A DNA stretch of 64,000 bases from Candidatus Proelusimicrobium excrementi (GTDB lineage: Bacteria; Elusimicrobiota; Elusimicrobia; Elusimicrobiales; Elusimicrobiaceae): contig CAKUBV010000001.1 in the NCBI GenBank assembly GCA_934643455.1, positions 258,692 to 322,691 on the forward strand. Direction: 5' to 3'. Both the position numbers and the translations under genes were made by a program. Positions within the stretch are counted from its first letter, which is position 1; every line of letters starts with the position of its first letter. Below, piece by piece: positions 40,801-46,548 of the stretch. The notes beneath the pieces are model-generated. The model did not search any database. It saw only the letters and a program-made list of their open reading frames with translations, and had not been told where the DNA came from.

Positions 40801-40924
40801 TGACGAAAAGCCTAAAAAGGAAAAACAAAAAAAGGTAAAGAAGACCAAAAAGAACGATAAAACTTACGAAAATAAAACCGACAGCAACGAAATACGCAAC
40901 GTAAGAAGACGTTATGAGTTTTAA
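34814..40924 (+). CDS. AIDA-I/TibA-like autotransporter adhesin (2036 aa)
   Basis: Dozens of imperfect about 19-aa SGG...N/T...V repeats; C-terminal beta-barrel (GIWARTYY ... NAGIRYAF); extended N-terminal signal region. Confidence 0.7.
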   Translation: MEIIMAIPETSAYIEKLEYTYCRSRSAAACGLSSGAAKTRCARIINGGKKAVYTAAVIAMLNNNFTPYAYAGVVVPAGETASGVIVQGTDEEVNAMHVYGSAQNTEVNYNGYQYIYSGGAAGQTTVNSAGYQIIFGGGRAENTTITNGGEQIISSGATADGTDVNYGAFQTVYAGGSSLAVSQNGGTINASAGQSGENAATYISGVNQNGEVFTLQNGSANNFIINSGGYLNVNSDGRADNTIVNYQGAHGVEAGGQSLNITQNAGGNINASAGKDSANITTVISGVNQNGEVFTLSGGAAQNFVVNSGGAHTVTAGGSSLNLVQNAGGNINADIGADESRISTYISGVNQNGQNLTLENGSANNFIINSGGWQNIFSGGLVNNTVINGYGSQAVSLGGKALNTVINSYGSQAVYEGGSAVSAVVSGTSAYQTIYSGGKAENVLLADYAVQNIGAGASAENTVIEKDGLQRIDSTGAAFNTEVNSGGAQSVLAGGSSLNVTQNAGGNVNAAIGGDGAYISGVNQNGEVFTLSGGVANNFILNDGGYHYVAAGGSSLNLTQNGGYINADVAKDGANINTYINGVNQSGIAMALSNGEAENFIINKGSQRVSSGGITVSTVLNNSSYQYVGPGGTASSTAVHSEAEQHISSGGAAYGAVLSGFSAYQIISEGGQAQESVLNSGAMQYVLSGGYASRAEINSGASQVISFGGYAYGAQINSGGVQYISTGGYVDSSYVNERANQAIESGATATNTVLASGAKLNVFAGGSSLNVIQNSGANINASIGAGSEYAGTYITGTNEDGNDFMLSGSVASGFIINAGGMQLVDLGGSAVDTVINSNGYQNISAGGSSLNVTQNAGGNIDVIVGQDSANAGTYVSGVNQDGADLSLISGVASNFIVNSGGSHTVLSGGKSLDVVINSGGNIYAVVAKDEANINTYVSGINQEGAELTLSGGVASNFIVNYFGKQIISSGGEAYDTIVNADGQQWISDGGSAYNAQINEGGVQQISAGGYANNTDLKGLQIISAGGSADATAINGGIQKISGGTAETTLINSGSQFIYAGGSAIGTQVASGGYQIVDVGGLADGTVLSSGGVQQVSAGGSAVNLVQNAGAYITADVAKDEANISTYIQGVNQSGADLSLISGVASNFIVSAGGAQNVYSGGIAFDTVVESGGRQSVTQGGSTVNVIQNSGAYIDVDVAKDAANINTAVTGTNQNGGAMSLSNGVAENFVINTGGKQNVYSGGIANNTLVSGVQTVVMGGSANYTEVAGGFQLVSSGGLAKNASVSMMGVQDVTGGTAEGTIIGGFGTQTVAAGGSAVSAVINAGGLQNVSSGGTVNDTQANDSAVQNIMGGVANSTSLNSGAVQNITAGGTARNTEAAGAVQNVIRGIAINTNLNEGAAQNVSSGGVTSHTYVNSGAVQNVYEGGTAVSAALSGGVQNIAGLASGALIAQGGVQNILAGGYAEDVTAASGGTQNINASASAKNVYAESGTVNLLSGGSLQGYSAQGGLLNVYGDNHISGDMVLSAGAAVNIAQDSAGFTNLSADNIQADNALIKMNVNLETGESDRLTVNGNYKGQTVLALSNTADVAKETTGDGIKLVEFAFGAQVDGDFELLGGKWDEGGYEYLLHQGTAAGEGSDYYLRNSMVYTDVFKSMLNIPLMNSVIARSGMNSLQKRMGDLRNMTEGSNQNGIWARTYYKDMRVKDLVETDMSLFGVEAGYDWLFTPNEPTKLYAGVMIGYANAGSIKTEKENGSVYGDGKGTSPSVGIYATLVNDDKWFVDLAARNFWTKLDMTHYSASGSQLKFEPERSIFAVSLEGGKEFTQDLGGDSFIRIEPKAEIEYMSASSDETKVKGGTGPLAYDKANYLSAKGALMVAYSMRQANGLLIEPLLELAYRYEFMGEGDVSYGGAKETTSLKGGTLEAGLGINMQLTENLYWHAVGNYEAGDKLQGWGVNAGIRYAFGGISFGGGSKNSKKARKESFYEYNKYDRGYYDRDYDEKPKKEKQKKVKKTKKNDKTYENKTDSNEIRNVRRRYEF
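35030..39300 (+). repeat. Array of about 57-bp imperfect tandem coding repeats (AIDA-type 19-aa repeats)
   Basis: Recurrent GGCGG...AATTCCGGCGG / SGG.A.NT.VNSGG.Q.V periodicity. Confidence 0.6.
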
Positions 40925-40985
40925 ACGGCCCGTAAGTTAAACCCGTCATCTTGAAAAAAGCGTTTTCCGCTTTAATATATTCTCT

Positions 40986-41435
40986 ATGACGCGGATAAAT
41001 TTAATAGAGCCGGAAAAACTTTACGATCAACACCTTATTGCCGAATACAGGGAAATTTTTATGGTGCCCGCCGCTTTAAAAGGCTCTTTAAAGGCGAAAA
41101 ACGGCGCGCGCCTTGATGACATTCCCCAAAGTTTTACTTTGGGAAAAGGGCACGTAAGATTTTTCTATGATAAAGGCAAGTATCTTTACAAACGCTACGC
41201 GCTTTTGCGGGCGGAAATGATAAAGCGCGGTTTTAAGCCGGATATAAACAGGAAATTCCCCAAAGAAATATTTATAGAAAACAAATTATTTAACGACTGG
41301 CGGCCTGATAAACGCGCCATCACCGTTATTACTCAAAGACTTAAGCAAAAGATTGCCCAAAAGCCCGCTTGGTACCGCAAAAGCGTGCAGGGGAAAATGA
41401 CAGAAAATAAAAAACAAATCAAATCATTGGGATAA
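40986..41435 (+). CDS. denV: Pyrimidine-dimer DNA glycosylase (T4 endonuclease V family)
   Basis: MTRINLIEPEKLYDQHLIAEYREI ... GHVRFFYDK ... RGF closely matches recalled T4 DenV MTRINL..DQHLMAEYRE..GHVTFFYDK..RGF. Confidence 0.75.
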   Translation: MTRINLIEPEKLYDQHLIAEYREIFMVPAALKGSLKAKNGARLDDIPQSFTLGKGHVRFFYDKGKYLYKRYALLRAEMIKRGFKPDINRKFPKEIFIENKLFNDWRPDKRAITVITQRLKQKIAQKPAWYRKSVQGKMTENKKQIKSLG

Positions 41436-41669
41436 ATTTTAGGGCCATAAAAATAAATTTATGGGCTTAATTATATCGCTAAAATCAATTTTTACGCCAA
41501 AGCTTTCACATATTCCGCTGACAAGTGCTTAATTTTATTTACATAAATAAACAGGGCCAAAAAACCTATATGCAAAGCGGAAATTTAACTTTTAATAAAA
41601 ATCGGGCAAAATTTTGATAAATTTTATATAATATTTATGTCAAAGAAATACAATTTGCAGTTTTAACAC

Positions 41670-41741
41670 GCCCCCATAGCTCAATGGATAGAGCACCTGC
41701 CTTCTAAGCAGGGGATATAAGTTCGATTCTTATTGGGGGTA
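41670..41741 (+). tRNA. tRNA-Arg (anticodon TCT)
   Basis: Cloverleaf folded by hand: 7-bp acceptor (G1-U72 wobble), D stem GCTC/GAGC, anticodon stem CCTGC/GCAGG with loop CTTCTAA, T arm ATAAG-TTCGATT-CTTAT; no encoded CCA. Confidence 0.8.
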
Positions 41742-41803
41742 TGATTTTTGGAATATAGTTGAAAATTTTGTGCCTTTTTTAGGGCACAAACGGACACAAA
41801 AAG

Positions 41804-41830
41804 GGGGATAATGGATGCTATCCCCTTTTT
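41804..41830 (+). terminator. Rho-independent terminator downstream of tRNA
   Basis: GGGGATA-atggatgc-TATCCCC then TTTTT. Confidence 0.45.
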
Positions 41831-42024
41831 ATCTTTTTAGCCTTTTTTTCCTATCAATTTGATAGATTTTGATAATTACCGATAATTGCTTTTAGCACCT
41901 ATGTTTTTTGAAGCTTGCCCCGGTTGTATACGGGGCTTTTTTGCGGGGTTTGGGACAAAATGTCAAATAAATTATAAATATAATAAATATTTTTGTATTT
42001 ATAAAAATAATTAAAAAATATTAC

Positions 42025-42053
42025 TTGACAAACTGTCAAATATTTATTATAAT
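42025..42053 (+). promoter_or_regulatory. Perfect consensus sigma70-type promoter (TTGACA-17 nt-TATAAT) with palindromic -35 (TTGACAaacTGTCAA)
   Basis: Read directly; drives small ORF at 42097. Confidence 0.55.
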
Positions 42054-42096
42054 ATTAGTGTAAGGTAAAGAAAACCTTACAAGTGAGGACCAAAAA

Positions 42097-42186
42097 ATGA
42101 AAAAGGAAAAACAAGCAAACAAAAAACTGCCGACGGTGAAAGTAAAAAAAATAGTAGTTACCTTGGTAGTAAGCGACAATAAATAA
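42097..42186 (+). CDS. 29-aa lysine-rich small protein MKKEKQANKKLPTVKVKKIVVTLVVSDNK (not in ORF track)
   Basis: GAGGA SD 9 nt upstream; consensus promoter upstream; hairpin terminator immediately downstream. Confidence 0.3.
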   Translation: MKKEKQANKKLPTVKVKKIVVTLVVSDNK

Positions 42187-42193
42187 TTAGCTT

Positions 42194-42219
42194 GGGGGAG
42201 CAAGCCTCCCCCTGTTTTT
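42194..42219 (+). terminator. Rho-independent terminator after small ORF
   Basis: GGGGGAG-caagc-CTCCCCC then TGTTTTT. Confidence 0.5.
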
Positions 42220-42316
42220 CCTAGCAGAAATTTTTTTAAAAAGATACAATTTAATTGCCTTTTATAGGGGAGACTCTTTGCACATTGTCGCTGAGTTGGT
42301 CCTCACGCGATAACGC

Positions 42317-42347
42317 AGGGGACGGTTTTACCCGTCCCCTAATTTTT
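42317..42347 (+). terminator. Hairpin plus T-run; possible 3' end of a small RNA
   Basis: AGGGGACGG-ttttac-CCGTCCCCT then AATTTTT. Confidence 0.35.
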
Positions 42348-42447
42348 AAAAATAAAGAAAAGCCCCGGGTGTTGGAGCACCCGGGGCAAAGTCGGAGCTT
42401 GCATTCCCGACTGTCTTTATTATATCAATTTGCCAAGGTAAAGCACT

Positions 42448-42615
42448 ATGACCATAAAAGAACTTTTAGAGAGAGATTTTAACGGCAATGTTTCAGCTTT
42501 TGCCAAGTATTACGATATTTCACGCCAGACGGCTTATAACCTTTTGGACGGAAAAACCAAACCCCAGCTTAAGCTGAGGGCAAGGCTTAAAAGAAAGGGC
42601 GTTAAGTTTGATTAA
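42448..42615 (+). CDS. Small HTH DNA-binding protein (55 aa), phage regulator-like (not in ORF track)
   Basis: MTIKELLERDFNGNVSAFAKYYDISRQTAYNLLDGKT HTH-like motif. Confidence 0.4.
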   Translation: MTIKELLERDFNGNVSAFAKYYDISRQTAYNLLDGKTKPQLKLRARLKRKGVKFD

Positions 42616-42642
42616 CAGCTTTCTTTATATGTGGGTGGGGGA

Positions 42643-42828
42643 TTATTCCCCGCACCCGCAGGTAAAATGCTTTCTAAGTTTGTATTCTTCTCTTTTGCCT
42701 TTGTTCCAACACTGAACCGGGCGCAAATACCCCACCACGCGGCTGAAAACCTCGCACGGTGTGCCTTTGGCCTGCCCTTTTAATTTCTTAAGCTCCGCTA
42801 TTTTAGCGGCTATTTCACTTCTTTCCAT
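42643..42828 (-). CDS. Standalone NrdD C-terminal-like glycyl-radical mini-protein (61 aa)
   Basis: SRVVGYLRPVQCWNKGKREEYKLRKHF resembles recalled NrdD C-terminus RRVCGYLGSPDARPFNAGKQEEVKRRVKHL; 4 Cys. Confidence 0.4.
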   Translation of the reverse strand: MERSEIAAKIAELKKLKGQAKGTPCEVFSRVVGYLRPVQCWNKGKREEYKLRKHFTCGCGE

Positions 42829-42837
42829 TTCCTTTAT

Positions 42838-43059
42838 TTACTCCTTACAAGCTTTGTTTTTAGGTTCGCAAACGCAGGCTATGCCTACCACCTTGCCCCA
42901 GTTGCTGGCGTTAAGCTTCATTATTGCCGGATCGGCAAAATCCCACGGCGGGAAGCATACCGCCGCGTTACTTCTTGGAGAGGAAGCGGCGCACCCACTC
43001 ATTACGCTCATTATCAGACATAGCAGCACCGCTTTTATAGCCGTTTTCATATCTCTCAC
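42838..43059 (-). CDS. Outer-membrane lipoprotein, o-spanin (Rz1-like) candidate
   Basis: Lipobox LIMSVMSG-C; embedded out of frame in the 3' half of the upstream TM-coiled-coil gene. Confidence 0.4.
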   Translation of the reverse strand: MRDMKTAIKAVLLCLIMSVMSGCAASSPRSNAAVCFPPWDFADPAIMKLNASNWGKVVGIACVCEPKNKACKE

Positions 43060-43225
43060 GCTCCTTTATCTCTTGCTTTAAAGCTTTACGCTTTTGGGCC
43101 TCTTTTCCGCTGGCCCGGCCATTTAGATATATCCAAACGCACAAAAGCCCAAGGGCGGCGATTATGCCGCCCCAAAAGTACCCGCTGCCCATAAGCGGGC
43201 TAATCAAGCTTATTAGTGCCGACAT
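42968..43225 (-). CDS. i-spanin (Rz-like) candidate: N-terminal TM plus charged coiled coil
   Basis: Architecture and overlap with lipoprotein gene. Confidence 0.4.
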   Translation of the reverse strand: MSALISLISPLMGSGYFWGGIIAALGLLCVWIYLNGRASGKEAQKRKALKQEIKERERYENGYKSGAAMSDNERNEWVRRFLSKK

Positions 43226-43520
43226 CAGCCGCCCCTAATTTTTCTATTTTCCCTTTAATAAGCTTGTCATAGCCAAGCTGCGCCGCCGCAACGGAGCAAA
43301 GCCACACAAGCCAGAAAGAAGTTTTTATAAACTCCTTCGCGCCGTCTTGGACGACAACCGCGCAACCGCCGGCTATGGCAAGCATAATAATGAACTTTAC
43401 GGCCGCCGGCAGTTTATCAATGGCGGGGATTTGCTTCAGTCCCTCCATAATACCGTTGGTAAGCAAGGCTACTAATGCGCCTAAGAGCACAACGGATACA
43501 ACAAACGTCAATATACTCAT
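43200..43520 (-). CDS. Holin candidate (multi-TM, about 106 aa)
   Basis: 2-3 TM helices, small size, directly upstream of spanin pair. Confidence 0.4.
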   Translation of the reverse strand: MSILTFVVSVVLLGALVALLTNGIMEGLKQIPAIDKLPAAVKFIIMLAIAGGCAVVVQDGAKEFIKTSFWLVWLCSVAAAQLGYDKLIKGKIEKLGAADVGTNKLD

Positions 43521-43597
43521 GTTTACTACCTCCTTATTTATTTTTGATTATTTTAATTTGCTACAATAAATTAACTTTAAAATGGCAGGTAAATGCT

Positions 43598-44428
43598 ATG
43601 ACAAACTTAACATCTAATATAAATCCCTTTGAGGGGATAAAATTTGTAGATAATGCTGGTGTGGAACGTTGGTCCGCAAGAGATTTGGCTGTTCTTATAG
43701 GTTATGAAGAATGGCGCAACTTTGAAAATGTTCTAGAAAAAGCAATAATTTCTGCTGAAAACAGTGGGGCTAATAGAGATCATCATTTCGTTGAAGCCAC
43801 CAAAATGATAAATTTACCTAAAAATGCTATTAGAGAAATTAAGGACTATGCCCTTTCCCGTTATGCTTGTTACCTTATTATCCAAAACGCAGATCCTTCC
43901 AAACCTATGGTAGCAGCTGGTCAAACATATTTTGCGATACAAACACGTCGTCAAGAGCTAACGGATACACAACCACAATTAAATGAGGATAAGAAACGGC
44001 TTCTTTTGCGTGATGAGATGAAATTTCACAATAAGCAATTAGCCTCTGCCGCAAAAAATGCAGGTGTTGACTCTCCGTTAGACTATGCAATCTTTCAAGA
44101 TTATGGCTATAAGGGTCTTTATGGCGGTCTTGGAATGAAAGATATAAAAAGCAGAAAAGGCCTCAAAAAAAGCCAAAGCATATTAGACCACATGGGTAGC
44201 ACAGAGCTCGCCGCCAATTTATTTAGAGCGACACAAACAGAGGAAAAAATCCGTCGTGATAACATACAAGGCAAGGCTAAAGCAAGTCAAGTCCACCATG
44301 AAATAGGGCGTAAGGTTAGGCAAACAATAAAGGATATAGGCGGAACTATGCCAGAAAATCTCCCAACTCCAAAAGAAAGTATCAAACAAGTAGAACGTAA
44401 AGTAAAAAAACTAGAAAATAAGAAATAA
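43598..44428 (+). CDS. DinD/Bro-N-like DNA-damage-inducible protein D family (antirepressor-like)
   Basis: ERWSARDLAVLIGYEEWRNFENVLEKA Bro-N-like N-terminus; 276 aa similar to DinD; start chosen at in-frame ATG 43598. Confidence 0.6.
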   Translation: MTNLTSNINPFEGIKFVDNAGVERWSARDLAVLIGYEEWRNFENVLEKAIISAENSGANRDHHFVEATKMINLPKNAIREIKDYALSRYACYLIIQNADPSKPMVAAGQTYFAIQTRRQELTDTQPQLNEDKKRLLLRDEMKFHNKQLASAAKNAGVDSPLDYAIFQDYGYKGLYGGLGMKDIKSRKGLKKSQSILDHMGSTELAANLFRATQTEEKIRRDNIQGKAKASQVHHEIGRKVRQTIKDIGGTMPENLPTPKESIKQVERKVKKLENKK

Positions 44429-44614
44429 TTTCTCAAAAAGAGTAAGCCCCGCCCGCAAGAGCGGGGCTTTTTACTCTCTAATTTCAAATTGTCAAAGAAC
44501 AAAAGCTTAAAAATCGTTCACATCTTGGGGTAAATATGAACTAAAAGGGCGTTTTCGTTCATATTTGCCCGGTTATAGGCAAAATCTATTACTATTTAGG
44601 AAAAGTAATAGGTT

Positions 44615-45031
44615 TTAGCTTATTTCAATCTCCAGTTCCTCGCCGCCTAGATTTACCACCCAAAGCATTGTAAACAGCTTTTGAAACGTTTCGCGGCTGT
44701 CTAAAACCTTGCCCTTTACGCGGTTTTTGCCTACCAAAATACACCCTTCCGTGTCTTCCGGCGTATTGCCGGAATGGATAAGAACGCCGGTAAAGCCCGG
44801 CACATTTTCCAAACGCGGCATTAACTTGCCAAAGCGCAGGCTTTCGGTCAGCTTAATTTTGTACTTACCGGCGGGGATAGCCGTCTTGCCCGGGATTTTA
44901 ACCCCGGGCTTTCTTACGGTATCTTCCAGCGTATCGCAAAAATATTTGCCGTCTATGGACATCCGCCCGATAGTATAATCAGGCCCTTTAAATATACGTT
45001 TAATGATGATATTCATGGATACGCTCCTCAA
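44615..45031 (-). CDS. YkuD-like (L,D-peptidase fold) small protein; endolysin candidate
   Basis: LIHSGN ... TEGCILVG resembles L,D-transpeptidase HG ... SHGC(I/V)R active-site arrangement; adjacent to lysis genes. Confidence 0.3.
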   Translation of the reverse strand: MRSVSMNIIIKRIFKGPDYTIGRMSIDGKYFCDTLEDTVRKPGVKIPGKTAIPAGKYKIKLTESLRFGKLMPRLENVPGFTGVLIHSGNTPEDTEGCILVGKNRVKGKVLDSRETFQKLFTMLWVVNLGGEELEIEIS

Positions 45032-45239
45032 CTTCGTTTAAACGCTTATGCGCGCTCTTTACGCTTTCTTCTGTGCGCGTCATACGCTCCTGCAAATGAT
45101 TGTATCTATCCTGTTTCTTTTCCAGCTGGTCAAGGCGGAACTCCACCATTTTTTGAAATGTGTTCAGCTTTCCCACAAAGATCCCGATAGTGATTAACTG
45201 CGCCGCAATGCTTAAGCCAAGTTCAACGCTGATGTTCAT
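45000..45239 (-). CDS. Small TM plus coiled-coil phage protein
   Basis: N-terminal hydrophobic helix, charged helical C-terminus. Confidence 0.3.
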   Translation of the reverse strand: MNISVELGLSIAAQLITIGIFVGKLNTFQKMVEFRLDQLEKKQDRYNHLQERMTRTEESVKSAHKRLNEVEERIHEYHH

Positions 45240-45250
45240 TGTTATGCTCC

Positions 45251-46279
45251 TTAAGCCGCCTGAGGGACGAAAGTGCCCTCAAAAGTGGCGTTTGACATTG
45301 TAAAACCGTCGGCGTAAAATTTAACATTGTCGCCTTGCGCCACCTGTATAAGCGTTTCCCCGGCAAAGTTACTGCCGGCGTTATTGCTCCAAGTGTATGT
45401 AGTGGCGGAGCTGTTGGAAACATAATAATCCCGGATATCTTTGCCGTTTATGCTGATTTTGGCGTAACCCGCCGAAGTGGCAGCGGCGGTAAATACCGCG
45501 CTCCTTATTTGTATCCAGCCTGCCGCCGGGCAAGTATAATTTGCGTTTGCGGCTTTGCTGAACTCTACGGCGTTCGTATAATCGGGCGTCGGCGGCTTTG
45601 CGGCGGAAATAAGGCCCTCTAAATAGCTTACGGCGTCTGACAAAGCTTTGGAGCTGGGATAAGTGCCCGTGCCCGCGGCGGTATAATCTGATGTTTTGTT
45701 TGAGATGTTTTCTTTCTTCTCGTCGTGTAAATCGCTTACGCCGCTGTCCGCCAAAACAAAAGGTGCGCTCGCGGGCGTGTAATTCGTCAAATACTTTGCG
45801 GAGCGGCTTATCCTTAACTCGTCTATTACCATTCCGGCCTTGTCGCCGGCGGTTATACCGGACATATACCATCCGCGCAAATCCAAAGTTACGCCCTGCC
45901 AGCCAGTGCCGGACATTACCAACGAGCCGTTTTCATAGTAGTATAAAGTATCTCCGCTTCTTACTACGGCAACATTCTTTTTATTGGTGTTGATGTAATC
46001 AGCTACTGAGGATTTTAAAAACTTTCCGCCAAAGGCTATAGCCGCATAGCCGTGGCATTGTATCCCGTGCCTTGCGCTGGTGGCGGATAATGTTTCGTAA
46101 ACGATTTTATCCGTAAAATCCATTGTATATTCGCTGTTATAACCGGCTTTTGGGTTTTTAACCGTAAATTCAATGGTAAAATCCCCGGGCAGGACAAGGC
46201 TTTCATGGGCGTCAAATTGGAACAAAGCACCTGCGGACGACATAGCGTTTTTCGCCGCTAAGCCAAAGCCGGGCGTCAA
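45251..46279 (-). CDS. Tail fibre/receptor-binding protein with LamG-like jelly-roll domain
   Basis: FDAHESLVLPGDFTIEFTVKN LamG-like start; S/T/A/N-rich C-terminal half. Confidence 0.4.
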   Translation of the reverse strand: MTPGFGLAAKNAMSSAGALFQFDAHESLVLPGDFTIEFTVKNPKAGYNSEYTMDFTDKIVYETLSATSARHGIQCHGYAAIAFGGKFLKSSVADYINTNKKNVAVVRSGDTLYYYENGSLVMSGTGWQGVTLDLRGWYMSGITAGDKAGMVIDELRISRSAKYLTNYTPASAPFVLADSGVSDLHDEKKENISNKTSDYTAAGTGTYPSSKALSDAVSYLEGLISAAKPPTPDYTNAVEFSKAANANYTCPAAGWIQIRSAVFTAAATSAGYAKISINGKDIRDYYVSNSSATTYTWSNNAGSNFAGETLIQVAQGDNVKFYADGFTMSNATFEGTFVPQAA

Positions 46280-46317
46280 CTCCTCCCACGTTACATCGTT
46301 GGCGTCCGCAAGCTGAT

Positions 46318-46548
46318 TTATAACGGCTCCGCCGGCGTCGTTTTAAAAGTATAAACGGTTTCGCCTACGGTTACGGTGTCGCCGTCTGCGGGATTTGCGC
46401 TAAAAGAAATATCGCCCGTGGCGGCAATGTATACGGTTTCGTCCTTCGCTTTTACGATGTAACCGTGTACCCTGCGGGGAGTGTTATCGTAAAACTCGCC
46501 GGGTACGCCGATAGGTAATTCTTTATTTACAACAGTTTGTATAGCCAT
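46318..46548 (-). CDS. Hypothetical 76-aa phage structural protein (possible N-terminal part of fibre via frameshift)
   Basis: Only 38 nt separates it from downstream fibre ORF. Confidence 0.25.
   Translation of the reverse strand: MAIQTVVNKELPIGVPGEFYDNTPRRVHGYIVKAKDETVYIAATGDISFSANPADGDTVTVGETVYTFKTTPAEPL

Noticed and set aside
43475-43597. Upstream extension (MRLRAQRIQQ ...) of the DinD-like ORF in the ORF track
   Set aside because: The extension overlaps the holin gene on the other strand and has an unusual composition. The in-frame ATG at 43598 gives a protein of DinD-like length, so the shorter start is preferred.
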